From positions 32,001 to 96,000 of the forward strand of contig JBQLZK010000014.1 of the NCBI GenBank assembly GCA_052168235.1: a stretch of 64,000 bases of DNA. Direction: 5' to 3'. Shown in pieces: positions 51,105 to 61,033 of this stretch. Source of the stretch: Thainema sp. GTDB taxonomy: Bacteria; Cyanobacteriota; Cyanobacteriia; Phormidesmidales; Phormidesmidaceae. The notes below the pieces were generated by a model. That model made no database searches. It saw only the letters and a program-made list of their open reading frames with translations, and was not told the DNA's origin. The position numbers were made by a program, and so were the translations under genes. The stretch's first letter is position 1, and each line of letters opens with the position of its first letter.

Positions 51105-52487
51105 ATGACTCAATCGCTGCCTCAACAAGACACCATCGCTGCGATCGCAACTGCGGTTGTGCCGCAGCAGGGCAGCGTGGGCATTGTGCGGTTGTCCGGT
51201 GCAACCGCGCGGGAGATTGCCCATAAGCTCTTTCATGTACCCGGACAGCAAGCTTGGGAAAGCCACCGGATTCTCTACGGCACCATTCGCGATCCCGACA
51301 CGCAGCAGGTTGTTGATGAAGCATTACTACTGTTGATGCTGGCCCCCCGCTCCTACACGCGAGAAGACGTGGTGGAATTCCACTGTCACGGCGGCATTAT
51401 GGCTGTGCAGCAAGTTTTGCGTTTGTGCCTGACTGCTGGGGCACGACTGGCGGAACCCGGTGAGTTTACCTTACGCGCCTTTCTCAACGGTCGGATTGAT
51501 CTCACTCAGGCCGAAGGCATTGCCGATCTCGTGGGGGCGCGATCGCCCCAAGCCGCGCAAACGGCATTGGCAGGACTTCAAGGTAAACTAGCCCAGCCGA
51601 TTCGTACCCTGCGTTCATCTTGTCTGGATTTACTAGCTGAAATTGAAGCCCGCATTGATTTTGAGGATGATCTACCGCCGCTGGATGAAATTGCCGTGCA
51701 ACAGCAGTTAGATAACGTCCTAACGGAAACTACCAAAATCCTCGCCACTGCCGATCAGGGCGAACTCTTGCGCACCGGATTAAAAGTAGCGATCGTCGGT
51801 CGTCCCAATGTCGGCAAATCGAGCCTACTCAATGCCTGGAGCCGCAGCGATCGCGCCATTGTCACCGAGCTTCCCGGTACAACGCGAGACGTAGTGGAAT
51901 CGCAGCTCGTCGTGGGCGGCATTCCGATTCAAGTTCTAGACACCGCTGGCATTCGAGAAGCTACTGACCAAGTTGAGCAAATTGGCGTGATGCGATCGCA
52001 GTCTGCCGCCCAATCCGCCGACCTCGTTCTGTTCACCATCGACGCGCAAACAGGCTGGACACAGGATGACCAGGTCATCTATGAAAAAGTCAAGCATCGT
52101 CCGCTGATTTTGGTACTCAACAAAATCGATCTGGTTGAGCAACCGCCTGCCATTGATCTCACTGAACCTATTCAGCGCGTCGCCACCGCCGCCGCTGAGC
52201 AGCAGGGTATCGATAAGCTGGAGCAGGCCATTCTCTCCGTCGTACAAACGGGAGGGCTGACTGCCGCTAATCTCGACGTTGCTATCAACCAACGTCAGGC
52301 TGCCGCTTTAACCCAGGCTCATCAAGCGCTCCAGCGAGTTCAGCAGACGATTCAGGAACAGCTACCGCTCGATTTTTGGACAATTGACCTCCGTGAAGCC
52401 ATCCGCGCCCTCGGCAGCATCACGGGTGAAGAAATGACCGAATCCATGCTGGATCAAATCTTCAGCCGATTTTGCATCGGGAAATAA
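51105..52487 (+). CDS. mnmE: tRNA modification GTPase MnmE
   Basis: [34 protein letters not shown]. Confidence 0.98.
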   Translation: MTQSLPQQDTIAAIATAVVPQQGSVGIVRLSGATAREIAHKLFHVPGQQAWESHRILYGTIRDPDTQQVVDEALLLLMLAPRSYTREDVVEFHCHGGIMAVQQVLRLCLTAGARLAEPGEFTLRAFLNGRIDLTQAEGIADLVGARSPQAAQTALAGLQGKLAQPIRTLRSSCLDLLAEIEARIDFEDDLPPLDEIAVQQQLDNVLTETTKILATADQGELLRTGLKVAIVGRPNVGKSSLLNAWSRSDRAIVTELPGTTRDVVESQLVVGGIPIQVLDTAGIREATDQVEQIGVMRSQSAAQSADLVLFTIDAQTGWTQDDQVIYEKVKHRPLILVLNKIDLVEQPPAIDLTEPIQRVATAAAEQQGIDKLEQAILSVVQTGGLTAANLDVAINQRQAAALTQAHQALQRVQQTIQEQLPLDFWTIDLREAIRALGSITGEEMTESMLDQIFSRFCIGK

Positions 52488-52584
52488 CACCTGTTCAGCC
52501 CCGAAATCTTTCGTAGGGGCGGGTTTAGCCGATCAATGGTCGCCACAGACCCAAATTGATCAACAAAACCCGCCCTTACAGGGA

Positions 52585-53268
52585 TTACCGCATTCCAAAC
52601 ACCAAAGAGCATTCTCCTCGCCAGAACGCTAGAGAATTTCTCCGAGTTTGACAGCAAGGCCAATGCTGCAAGTGTTGTTCTCTTTCCATTGCAGACAGAT
52701 GGTCAAATCCGACAAATGGCTCTAGTCCAAGACCTAAACATAGATGATTCAGTACGTCCTGAAACGGCTCGGTGTGTCCTGGTCGGCCTACATACGCATG
52801 AGCATACTCATGAGCGATCACGCAAATCCAATCGGCAGGAGCGACGCGCCCCACATCAATCAGCATCGTAATCGGATCAGTAAAAATGTTGCACAGGCCA
52901 TCTAGCCCTAACTCTGAAGCCAATGGTGCCGCCAGAATACGAATATCGGGTCGCTCATGCGGCTCAAAGCACTGATGGCAGGCGTGGAGATAGGCATTGA
53001 GCAGCAGATTGATGCCGTAGATATGTTCACCAATCCACTCACAGACTCGAATGCGCTGCGCCATTGCCTGTCCTGGATCGATCATGTCTGGCGATAACGC
53101 TTGCGATCGCACCGTTGCCAAATACTCAAAACCGACCTCAAACCAGTCAGCATCAGTGACTTGCTGATTGAACACTGGCGGATCGGGAATTTGAGAGGTG
53201 TGCTGAAGAATGATTGGGTGGGTTGTCGATAAAACAGATGGAACTGGAACGTGACTGGAGTAACTCAA
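52585..53268 (-). CDS. Putative zinc metalloprotease (SprT-like HExxH)
   Basis: IAHEYAHAYVGRPGHTEPF motif. Confidence 0.6.
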   Translation of the reverse strand: MSYSSHVPVPSVLSTTHPIILQHTSQIPDPPVFNQQVTDADWFEVGFEYLATVRSQALSPDMIDPGQAMAQRIRVCEWIGEHIYGINLLLNAYLHACHQCFEPHERPDIRILAAPLASELGLDGLCNIFTDPITMLIDVGRVAPADWICVIAHEYAHAYVGRPGHTEPFQDVLNHLCLGLGLEPFVGFDHLSAMEREQHLQHWPCCQTRRNSLAFWRGECSLVFGMR

Positions 53269-53853
53269 ACGCCTGAATCTCGAACGAACGACAGTGTTAA
53301 AAGACCGTTGTAGCGGTCAGCAACTTTATAGTTTGTAATAAATGCGTCAATCTGTCGCTATTTCAGGCTTTTGTCGGCATTTGTGGACATGAAACGATTG
53401 AGCCGGTTTAGCTGGAGCATATTTTGCCCACAACGCAGGGCAATTTGACCTAACAAGGCATTGGGCAGCAGCAAGTTTTATGTATTCGGGATCTATGCAA
53501 CGTTTAGCTAAAAAACTCAACATACGTTGATGTTCAGATCGCCCATTCTGCTATGGATAGAATATCTTTGGAGAAAGGCATCCTATCGTCAGACTATCGT
53601 CAGAAAACTTGGGGTTACAACCTGAAGTTATTCAGTCGATCAGGTGTGGATAAAATGCAGGTGCAATTCAGTAGAATAGTCTTCTCTCGATTTACCTGTG
53701 TTGTTCCCTAATTACTGAGATCGCAGTTTCCACCGCTCAGCATCTGCTAACGGTTGGAGCAACTGAAACTCGCAGTAATGACCTAACTGGAGCCTTGCGC
53801 TTGACCCTGTTCTTTATCTAAATCTTGTTAATTTACAGTCGGTATCACTGCTA

Positions 53854-54390
53854 ATGCGTCCTACGACGAAATCTAATCGCAATTTACCCGCCATCAACAA
53901 TAACATTCGGTTTCCGGAGATCCGCGTCATTGCTGCTGATGGTGAGCAGCTTGGCATTATGACTCCTAGGGAAGCATTGGGTATCGCTGAAGAGCGCGAA
54001 CTTGACTTAGTTCTAGTCAGCGACAAGGCGAATCCGCCCGTTTGCCGCATCATGGATTACGGCAAATACAAGTTTGAGCAGGAAAAACGAGCCCGCGAAG
54101 CTCGCAAAAAGCAGCATAATGCTGAAGTCAAAGAAGTGAAGATGCGCTACAAGATTGACGAGCACGACTATGAAGTGCGCGTCAAGCATGCCAAGCGCTT
54201 CCTCAAAGCGGGCGACAAGGTCAAAGCTACCGTCATGTTCCGAGGTCGCGAAATTCAGCACACGGATCTGGCTGAAAAGCTGCTGATGCAGATGGCCGCC
54301 GATCTGGAAGACATGGCTGAAGTTCAGCAAAGGCCCAAGCGCGAGGGCCGCAACATGATGATGCTGCTGGCTCCCAAAAAGTCGAACTAA
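53854..54390 (+). CDS. infC: Translation initiation factor IF-3
   Basis: [45 protein letters not shown]. Confidence 0.98.
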   Translation: MRPTTKSNRNLPAINNNIRFPEIRVIAADGEQLGIMTPREALGIAEERELDLVLVSDKANPPVCRIMDYGKYKFEQEKRAREARKKQHNAEVKEVKMRYKIDEHDYEVRVKHAKRFLKAGDKVKATVMFRGREIQHTDLAEKLLMQMAADLEDMAEVQQRPKREGRNMMMLLAPKKSN

Positions 54391-54423
54391 GGTCAGTATT
54401 GTTGAATAAACAAAATGAATAAG

Positions 54424-54459
54424 CAAAAGGCGATGTGTGCAACGCATCGCCTTTTGTTT
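54424..54459 (+). terminator. Intrinsic terminator of infC
   Basis: CAAAAGGCGATG...CATCGCCTTTTG. Confidence 0.8.
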
Positions 54460-54470
54460 AGGGATGGGTA

Positions 54471-54551
54471 GGGATTGCTGATTTTAAGTATGAATTGTGA
54501 TGTGGGGGCACCGCCCCCACATCACAATTCATACCCAGATTAAGCAACGCC
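54471..54551 (+). mobile_element. MITE family B, full length, with 8-bp TSD GATGGGTA
   Basis: TSD at 54463-54470 and 54552-54559. Confidence 0.9.
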
Positions 54552-54768
54552 GATGGGTAGATGGGTAATAGGGTGACAGGGTGATCAATGTGATGGAGTA
54601 GGTTGGCTTTGTCACACCATCACATGATTACTCATGCACTCATCCACCCATCTACAGCCTCTACAGCCCTTTAAAGCAATTCCGGTGAAAACCCCACCAA
54701 GTAGAGCTTTCACTGGAATCAAAGTTGTTTTTCTATGATCTGATTAGGTACAAATCAGAGTCGCACGA

Positions 54769-55266
54769 TTAAGCTCCGGAAGAAGAAGCTTCTTTAGCAG
54801 CGCGTGCGTTGTCTTCTTCGTCAATCACCAGTTTCCGTACATCAGGGGTGGCGATAAAGCCGAAGTAAACTGCGATCGCAGCGGTTGCAGCGTGCAGGAA
54901 CACATCACTACCGTAGATGGGCACGAGGCCAAACATAGTGTTGGTGTAAGGGAACAGACCCAAAACCGTTAGTAGGCCGTAGAATACAGCCAGTGATCCG
55001 GAGTACCAGCGGGAGGTATCCCAGGAAATTGAGGCGGCAAGGCCGATCACACCAACAGTCAGGTGTACTAAGTTGTGGGCGATGTTGACGGGAAAGATGC
55101 CCAGCAGATAGCCGTACCCTTGTTCAACACCTGTAATGGATACGTAGTCAGGAATGTTAGCTGGGGCAGATACGAAAGCGGGAATGAATCCCATGATGCC
55201 CACGAGCATATAAACGATACCGATAATTAGGGCAAAATTTTGCGCCCCATGTCTTTTTGTTTTCAT
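54769..55266 (-). CDS. DUF4383 domain membrane protein
   Basis: GIMGFIP, LLGIFPVNIAHNLVHL, DVFLH. Confidence 0.85.
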   Translation of the reverse strand: MKTKRHGAQNFALIIGIVYMLVGIMGFIPAFVSAPANIPDYVSITGVEQGYGYLLGIFPVNIAHNLVHLTVGVIGLAASISWDTSRWYSGSLAVFYGLLTVLGLFPYTNTMFGLVPIYGSDVFLHAATAAIAVYFGFIATPDVRKLVIDEEDNARAAKEASSSGA

Positions 55267-55316
55267 GTGTGAGTGACTCCTAAACTGAAACAAGTCTCAG
55301 CTTTAGATTAGTCACA

Positions 55317-56261
55317 CTAATTAACAATCTCCTCCTCCACAGAAGGAGATTGAATGGGTTTCTGCTGCGCCCATAGGAGAGTTTGTCCTGAGACAGGCGA
55401 TAGAGTCGAAGTTGCTTGCGATCGCAGAAAGCTATGGCGGTTTTGTACCAAAATTAATGCAGCGACAGCTAGCAGGAAATAGCCAAAGCTTTTTTGCAGT
55501 TGCTTTGCCGAAATCCGCTGTGACAGATAAATCCCGACAACCATGCCAATCCCGGCAGCAAGCGTAAAGGACACCGTCAGCGGCCAATTAATTGACACAT
55601 GGCCCAAGTAGCCCAACAATCCGGCGACCGAATTCAAGAAAATGATCAGCAGTGAAGTTGCGATCGCATCTCGCATTGGCACTTTTGCCAGCAGAACCAG
55701 GGCCGGAACAATGGCAAATCCACCGCCTACACCCACTAATCCCGTCAGCACTCCCACTGCTAATCCTTCAGTCAGCAACCATAGCCAGCAGTAGCGACAA
55801 ACAGGCTTGGGATAAATGGCAGGCAATGCCGCCGCCGTATTCAACGAGCCATGCACAGCCGATGATGACAAATTAGGAACTGTACTCTGTTCCGCTCTGG
55901 CCGTTTTCCAAATCATAAACACAGCCGCCACCAGCATCAGCGCCGCAAATAGCAGCATCTGAAAGGTTTCGCTGACAATGGGCAAGCTCGCGATTCGGGC
56001 ACCTGTGAACGCACCTATCATTGTGGCCGAACCGAAGATTAGCGCTGTCTTAAGCCGCACCCGACCCTTGCGCCAGTGGGGGATGGTGCCCACTAGCGCC
56101 ACAGAACCGACAATAATCAGCGTCATTGCGATCGCAGATTTGGTCGGCACGCCCATCACATAAACCAGGACGGGCAGCGCCAAGACCGAACCCCCACCCC
56201 CCAGCAGCCCCAAGCTGATGCCAATACAAACAGCCAGCACATATCCAATCAGGCTGATCAT
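55317..56261 (-). CDS. TauE/SafE sulfite exporter family protein
   Basis: Duplicated GLLGGGGS / GLVGVGGGFAIVP motifs. Confidence 0.93.
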   Translation of the reverse strand: MISLIGYVLAVCIGISLGLLGGGGSVLALPVLVYVMGVPTKSAIAMTLIIVGSVALVGTIPHWRKGRVRLKTALIFGSATMIGAFTGARIASLPIVSETFQMLLFAALMLVAAVFMIWKTARAEQSTVPNLSSSAVHGSLNTAAALPAIYPKPVCRYCWLWLLTEGLAVGVLTGLVGVGGGFAIVPALVLLAKVPMRDAIATSLLIIFLNSVAGLLGYLGHVSINWPLTVSFTLAAGIGMVVGIYLSQRISAKQLQKSFGYFLLAVAALILVQNRHSFLRSQATSTLSPVSGQTLLWAQQKPIQSPSVEEEIVN

Positions 56262-56818
56262 CCGTTTGCTCCCTGCTGGTTATAGGGTAGTTTGGCCAGC
56301 AGCATTCCCATGGCGCAGGTATTGGTAATGCCCGCAAAGACCAGTCCAGCTCCAACAAAGCCACTCAAGATCAACCACCAAGGTGAAACGAACGCGCCGA
56401 GTACCGTACCCGTGAACACCAGCGTTCCGGCCACAATTTGAATTTGGCGAAATAGGCTGATCGGCGCTTTGCGATCCACTTGAACGGGATAGCCCGCCGC
56501 TTTCCAAGCGAGCAAACCACCCTTTAAATGAGCAACATTGGTGAAGCCAGCCCGCAACAGATCACGACCCGCCAATTCAGATCGATTTCCCGATCGGCAG
56601 TACAGGATAATCTCAGACGGTTCGTCATCTGGATCTAAAACTTGGGCGGGTTTGAAGTCCGACAAGGGAATATTCTCGGCCTCGGCAATGCGCTCTCGCC
56701 GATATTCACTCAGTTCTCGCACATCAATCAGCCGCACCGCCTCGTGATCGAGTTTGTGCTTCAGTTCGCTAGCGCTAATGGAGAATACCGTTTTGGAATG
56801 AGTTGAAGTTTGAGTCAT
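56258..56818 (-). CDS. Rhodanese + DUF2892 membrane sulfurtransferase (YgaP-like)
   Basis: LIDVRE, CRSGNRS, LKGGLLAW; C-terminal FAGITNTC..LLAKLPYN. Confidence 0.92.
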   Translation of the reverse strand: MTQTSTHSKTVFSISASELKHKLDHEAVRLIDVRELSEYRRERIAEAENIPLSDFKPAQVLDPDDEPSEIILYCRSGNRSELAGRDLLRAGFTNVAHLKGGLLAWKAAGYPVQVDRKAPISLFRQIQIVAGTLVFTGTVLGAFVSPWWLILSGFVGAGLVFAGITNTCAMGMLLAKLPYNQQGANG

Positions 56819-56851
56819 TTCAGTATCTAAGGGTGGAGAGAGGGTTGAAAA

Positions 56852-57556
56852 TTAAGCCGTTGTTAGGGCGGCCACTTTGCCGCAGCGTTCATTGGCGGGT
56901 ACGGCTTCCATGATTTTTTTCGGATTGGGTAAGTTCAGATTGCTCATAAACTCGATGAACTGCTCGCGATCGCGACCGACAAAGCGAGGGTTCCACTGTT
57001 TCTCTTCGCCAATTGTGGAAACCATATGTCCCCGATAGTCATGACCGGGATAAACCCAGGTTTCATCCGGCAGGGTAAATAGTTTGTTCGTTACAGAGTC
57101 ATACATTAGTCCGGCATCACCGCTTTGGAAGTCGGTGCGACCGCAGCCGCGAATAAACAGCGCATCTCCCGTAAACAGATGTGTGCCGTTAACTAAATAA
57201 GCCATGTGGCTATCGGTATGACCCGGAGTTGCGATCGCATCTACGCGAATCGAACCTAGTTGCAGCACTTCGCCATCTTTAATGAAGCGATCGGCACAAA
57301 CGGCTTTGGCATGTTCCGGCACAATTCCCTGACAGCCTTCTAGCTCGCGCAGTTTGCCTGTGCCCGTAACGTGATCGGCATGAATGTGAGTTTCCAGACA
57401 ATACTTCAGGGTTAAGCCGAGTTCTGACAAGAGAGTGCGATCGCGGTCCACCTGTTCAATGACCGGATCGATTAGCAAAGCCTCTTTCGTAACCGGATCA
57501 GCGATCAAATAGGTGTACGTACTGGTTTCGTGATCAAATAGCTGGCGAAACAGCAT
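56852..57556 (-). CDS. MBL-fold persulfide dioxygenase (ETHE1-like)
   Basis: MLFRQLFD, THIHADH, TPGHT, GCGRTDFQ, YPGHDY. Confidence 0.93.
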   Translation of the reverse strand: MLFRQLFDHETSTYTYLIADPVTKEALLIDPVIEQVDRDRTLLSELGLTLKYCLETHIHADHVTGTGKLRELEGCQGIVPEHAKAVCADRFIKDGEVLQLGSIRVDAIATPGHTDSHMAYLVNGTHLFTGDALFIRGCGRTDFQSGDAGLMYDSVTNKLFTLPDETWVYPGHDYRGHMVSTIGEEKQWNPRFVGRDREQFIEFMSNLNLPNPKKIMEAVPANERCGKVAALTTA

Positions 57557-57711
57557 GGGTGATTAACTCCTGTTTAGAAATACCGAATTTGTAATAGCCG
57601 TTGCGATGGCTTTTGCAATGGCTTTTGCGATGGTTTCAGCCCATTTTGGTAAGGTTGTGCCGCACAAGCCGTATCAATCAGATATCGGTGGCCTAAACCG
57701 TTCTTTATGCT

Positions 57712-57737
57712 ATTAGATTACTATATAGTTATTTAAT
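57712..57737. promoter_or_regulatory. Palindromic operator upstream of the persulfide dioxygenase operon
   Basis: ATTAGATTACTATATAGTTATTTAAT; 22/26 positions match its reverse complement. Confidence 0.6.
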
Positions 57738-57765
57738 TGTCAACAAACTCACGCCGCAAAATCGA

Positions 57766-57813
57766 TCGGTTAGCTAAAGCTTCGGTTAGCTAAAGCTTCG
57801 GTTAGCTAAAGCT
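57766..57813 (+). repeat. Perfect 16-bp tandem repeat x3
   Basis: TCGGTTAGCTAAAGCT x3. Confidence 0.95.
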
Positions 57814-57860
57814 ATAGATGTAGTCAGCTCGGTTATGACACGGACATCGCTACCGCTATA
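57813..57860. mobile_element. MITE family D, hairpin-less copy
   Basis: TATAGATGTAGTCAGCTCGGTTATGACACGGACAT-CGCTACCGCTATA aligns to the reverse complement of 48293-48387 minus the hairpin. Confidence 0.7.
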
Positions 57861-57968
57861 AACGATGGTTTTCGTGAAAGCTTTCAATATGGCAGGTAGA
57901 TGCGGAGTAAAGAGGGCATGGCACAATGAAAGTAACTGCCCCCAACTCCTATTAGCAGGATTTTCCGC

Positions 57969-60626
57969 GTGCTTGATCTAAAAACGCTTTACCCGTTCGA
58001 ACTCGACGATTTTCAACAACAAGCCATTGACGCCATTGACAACAACCGATCGGTCGTGGTCTGTGCGCCGACCGGATCGGGCAAAACGCTCATTGGGGAA
58101 TACGCCATTTTTCGGGCATTGGCACGGCAAAAGCGGGCATTCTACACCACACCGCTGAAAGCTCTGTCGAATCAAAAGCTGCGGGACTTTCGGGCCCAGT
58201 TTGGGGAAGAACAGGTTGGACTCCTGACGGGCGACGTATCGATCAATCGCGATGCGCCCATCTTGGTGATGACCACTGAAATTTTCCGCAACATGCTCTA
58301 TGGCACGCCCATTGGCGAAGTGGGTACGTCCCTACAGGATGTGGAAGCGGTGGTGCTAGACGAATGCCACTACATGAACGATCGCCAGCGTGGCACCGTT
58401 TGGGAAGAATCAATTATTTACTGTCCGCCGAATGTGCAACTGATTGCGCTCTCGGCCACAATTGCCAACAGCGAGCAGCTTACGGACTGGATTGATCAGG
58501 TTCATGGGCCAACGGAGCTAATTTATTCTGAATTTCGGCCTGTACCGCTGGAGTTCAGCTTCTGCAATCCCAAAGGGCTGTTTCCGCTGCTCGATTCCAA
58601 AGGAAAAAAACTGAATCCTCGCCTCAAACCGAAAGGCGGTAGCCGCGATCGCGGACGATCTCGCCAAGGCAAATCAAGCCGTCCGGAAGCACCGAGCCTG
58701 CCATTTGTCATCAACCAGCTTGATCAGCGGGATATGCTGCCTGCGATTTACTTTATCTTTAGCCGCCGGGGTTGCGATCGCGCCGTCAGCGACGTGGAGC
58801 ATCTCAATTTGGTCAATCCGGCTGAGGCGAGATTGCTGAAGCAGCAAATTGATGAGTTTTTGGCTCGTAATCCCGAAGCCGCGCGTGAGGGACAAGTTGA
58901 ACCGTTATACCGAGGTATTGCCGCCCATCACGCCGGAATTTTGCCTGCCTGGAAAGGGCTGGTCGAAGAGCTGTTTCAGCAGGGATTAATTAAAGTGGTT
59001 TTCGCCACGGAAACACTGGCGGCGGGTATTAATATGCCGGCCCGCACGACGGTAATCTCTAGCCTGTCCAAGCGTACCGATTTGGGTCATCGACTGCTCA
59101 ATCCCTCGGAGTTTTTGCAAATGTCCGGTCGGGCCGGACGACGCGGCATGGATGTCGTTGGCTATGTGGTGACCGTGCAAACTCGCTTTGAAGGAGCACC
59201 GGAGGCATCCTACTTGGCAACTGCTGGAGCCGATCCGCTGGTCAGCCAGTTCACGCCCAACTACGGCATGGTGCTCAACCTGCTGCAAACCCATACGTTA
59301 GATGAAGCCAAAGATCTGGTCGAACGCAGTTTTGGCCAGTACCTAGCCACTCTCCATCTCAGTCCCCAGCGAGTTGCGATTGACGACATCAAATCGGAGA
59401 TCGAATACAACCGCTCAATTTTGGAGTCTGTGAATGAAGACGATTTGGCGAGCTATGCCAAACTGCAGGGGCGGCACCGGGAAGAAAAGCGACTGCTAAA
59501 AATCTTGCAGCAGCAGGCGGAAGACGTGCTGACGCAGGATTTACCGCTGGCGCTTTCTTTTGCGATCGCAGGCACGGTTCTTAGCCTACGCGGCAAAAAT
59601 GTCGCCAGCATCGACGCAATTCCTGCCGTTTTGGTGATGAAAGTACCGGGTTCAGGCCAGTTTCCTTATCTTATCTGCCTGGGGCAAAATAACCGCTGGT
59701 ACGTAGTTCACGTGAAAGACGTGGTGGGTTTACATAGTGAGTTTCCCCGCATTGCCGCAGTTGACTCGCTCACACCTCCAGAAGACATGCCCACCAAGCC
59801 CGGACAGCAGCGCAGTGGTGATGAGACGACAGGTGCGATCGCAGAGCAGGTTCCCACCCCGACGCCACCGTATGAGACTGCCCCCGAAGTGGTGGAACAG
59901 GCGGAACGCTTGCGAGCGGTGGAAGCTGAGATGGCACAGCATCCAGCCCGCGAAATTAACAATCCCAGCTATTTTCTTAAGCGGCAAAAGCGTCTGCGGC
60001 GGCTGGAGCAAGACCTGCGCGATCGCCAAAGCAAACTGGATAACCTCTTGCACCATAACTGGCAGGAGTTTCTGAATCTAATTAAGATTCTGGAAGCCTT
60101 TGGTTGCCTCATAGATGATAAGCCCACCGAAATGGGCGAAATCGCGGCTGCCCTGCGAGGAGATAACGAACTCTGGCTGGGATTAGCCGTTGCATCTCGG
60201 GAACTCGATCAGCTAGCTCCCCACCACTTTGCAGCAGTGTGTGCGGCACTTGTCACCGAAATCTCACGCCCTGATAGCTGGACTCACTATAAGGTCTCGC
60301 CCGAAGTCGAAGATGCGCTCGGCGGACTGCGCGGCATTCGTCGCCAGCTCTTTCAACTTCAGCGCCGCTATCAGATTGCACTACCCGTTTGGCTCGAAAC
60401 TGAAATGATTGGCCTAGTCGAACAGTGGGCACTCGAAACCGACTGGTCTGAACTCTGCTCCAATACCAGCCTGGATGAAGGCGACGTTGTGCGAATGCTG
60501 CGACGCACGCTCGATTTTCTATCTCAGATTCCCCACGTCCCCCACATTTCAGATCAGCTCCGCACCACCGCCCGTCAGGCCAGTCGCTTGCTCGATCGCT
60601 TCCCAGTGAATGAAACGATTGAGTAA
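57969..60626 (+). CDS. Ski2-like DEAD/DEAH-box RNA helicase (HelY family)
   Basis: APTGSGKT, DECH, SAT, QMSGRAGRRG, C-terminal DSHCT (LDEGDVVR). Confidence 0.95.
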   Translation: MLDLKTLYPFELDDFQQQAIDAIDNNRSVVVCAPTGSGKTLIGEYAIFRALARQKRAFYTTPLKALSNQKLRDFRAQFGEEQVGLLTGDVSINRDAPILVMTTEIFRNMLYGTPIGEVGTSLQDVEAVVLDECHYMNDRQRGTVWEESIIYCPPNVQLIALSATIANSEQLTDWIDQVHGPTELIYSEFRPVPLEFSFCNPKGLFPLLDSKGKKLNPRLKPKGGSRDRGRSRQGKSSRPEAPSLPFVINQLDQRDMLPAIYFIFSRRGCDRAVSDVEHLNLVNPAEARLLKQQIDEFLARNPEAAREGQVEPLYRGIAAHHAGILPAWKGLVEELFQQGLIKVVFATETLAAGINMPARTTVISSLSKRTDLGHRLLNPSEFLQMSGRAGRRGMDVVGYVVTVQTRFEGAPEASYLATAGADPLVSQFTPNYGMVLNLLQTHTLDEAKDLVERSFGQYLATLHLSPQRVAIDDIKSEIEYNRSILESVNEDDLASYAKLQGRHREEKRLLKILQQQAEDVLTQDLPLALSFAIAGTVLSLRGKNVASIDAIPAVLVMKVPGSGQFPYLICLGQNNRWYVVHVKDVVGLHSEFPRIAAVDSLTPPEDMPTKPGQQRSGDETTGAIAEQVPTPTPPYETAPEVVEQAERLRAVEAEMAQHPAREINNPSYFLKRQKRLRRLEQDLRDRQSKLDNLLHHNWQEFLNLIKILEAFGCLIDDKPTEMGEIAAALRGDNELWLGLAVASRELDQLAPHHFAAVCAALVTEISRPDSWTHYKVSPEVEDALGGLRGIRRQLFQLQRRYQIALPVWLETEMIGLVEQWALETDWSELCSNTSLDEGDVVRMLRRTLDFLSQIPHVPHISDQLRTTARQASRLLDRFPVNETIE

Positions 60627-60845
60627 ATAATGAGATTTACAAAATTCTCAGTAAACGATTGACGTAACTTTACATCAGGCGTTTGTGAATGTCTGTTGAG
60701 GCTGCTCTTGGAGAGGTGGCCTCATCTATTTTGTTGCCCATGATGCAGTTATCTATAGGCGCGACGTTTACGCTAGCATCAGACTCAAGCTTTGCGGCTA
60801 GTACATTAAATCTTCACAAAGAGGGATTCAGCTCCTCTCATTAAT

Positions 60846-60863
60846 GTTACAATCGTTAACATA
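60846..60863 (+). promoter_or_regulatory. HLR1-like direct repeat (candidate RpaB site)
   Basis: GTTACAAT-CG-TTAACATA fits (G/T)TTACA(A/T)(A/T)-N2-repeat with one mismatch. Confidence 0.5.
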
Positions 60864-60886
60864 TAAACCCTATTTCTTGAATTTTT

Positions 60887-61033
60887 ATGACACATGACGC
60901 AATAACTCTGATTTTAGCGATCGCAACTGGCGTCGCTCTCTACAGCGAGTGGCAGCGCAATCAGGCCGAATCGCGATCGCAGGAAGAGGCCGTTCGCATC
61001 CCTGTGCGGACTGACGAGCACCTGCCTCGTTAA
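60887..61033 (+). CDS. Small 48-aa single-TM protein (absent from the ORF track)
   Basis: MTHDAITLILAIATGVALYSEWQRNQAESRSQEEAVRIPVRTDEHLPR; GC-rich with two HIP1 sites inside an AT-rich spacer. Confidence 0.65.
   Translation: MTHDAITLILAIATGVALYSEWQRNQAESRSQEEAVRIPVRTDEHLPR

Noticed and set aside
57766..57813. Possible mini-CRISPR array
   Set aside because: The 16-bp units are contiguous with no spacers, and no cas genes are present
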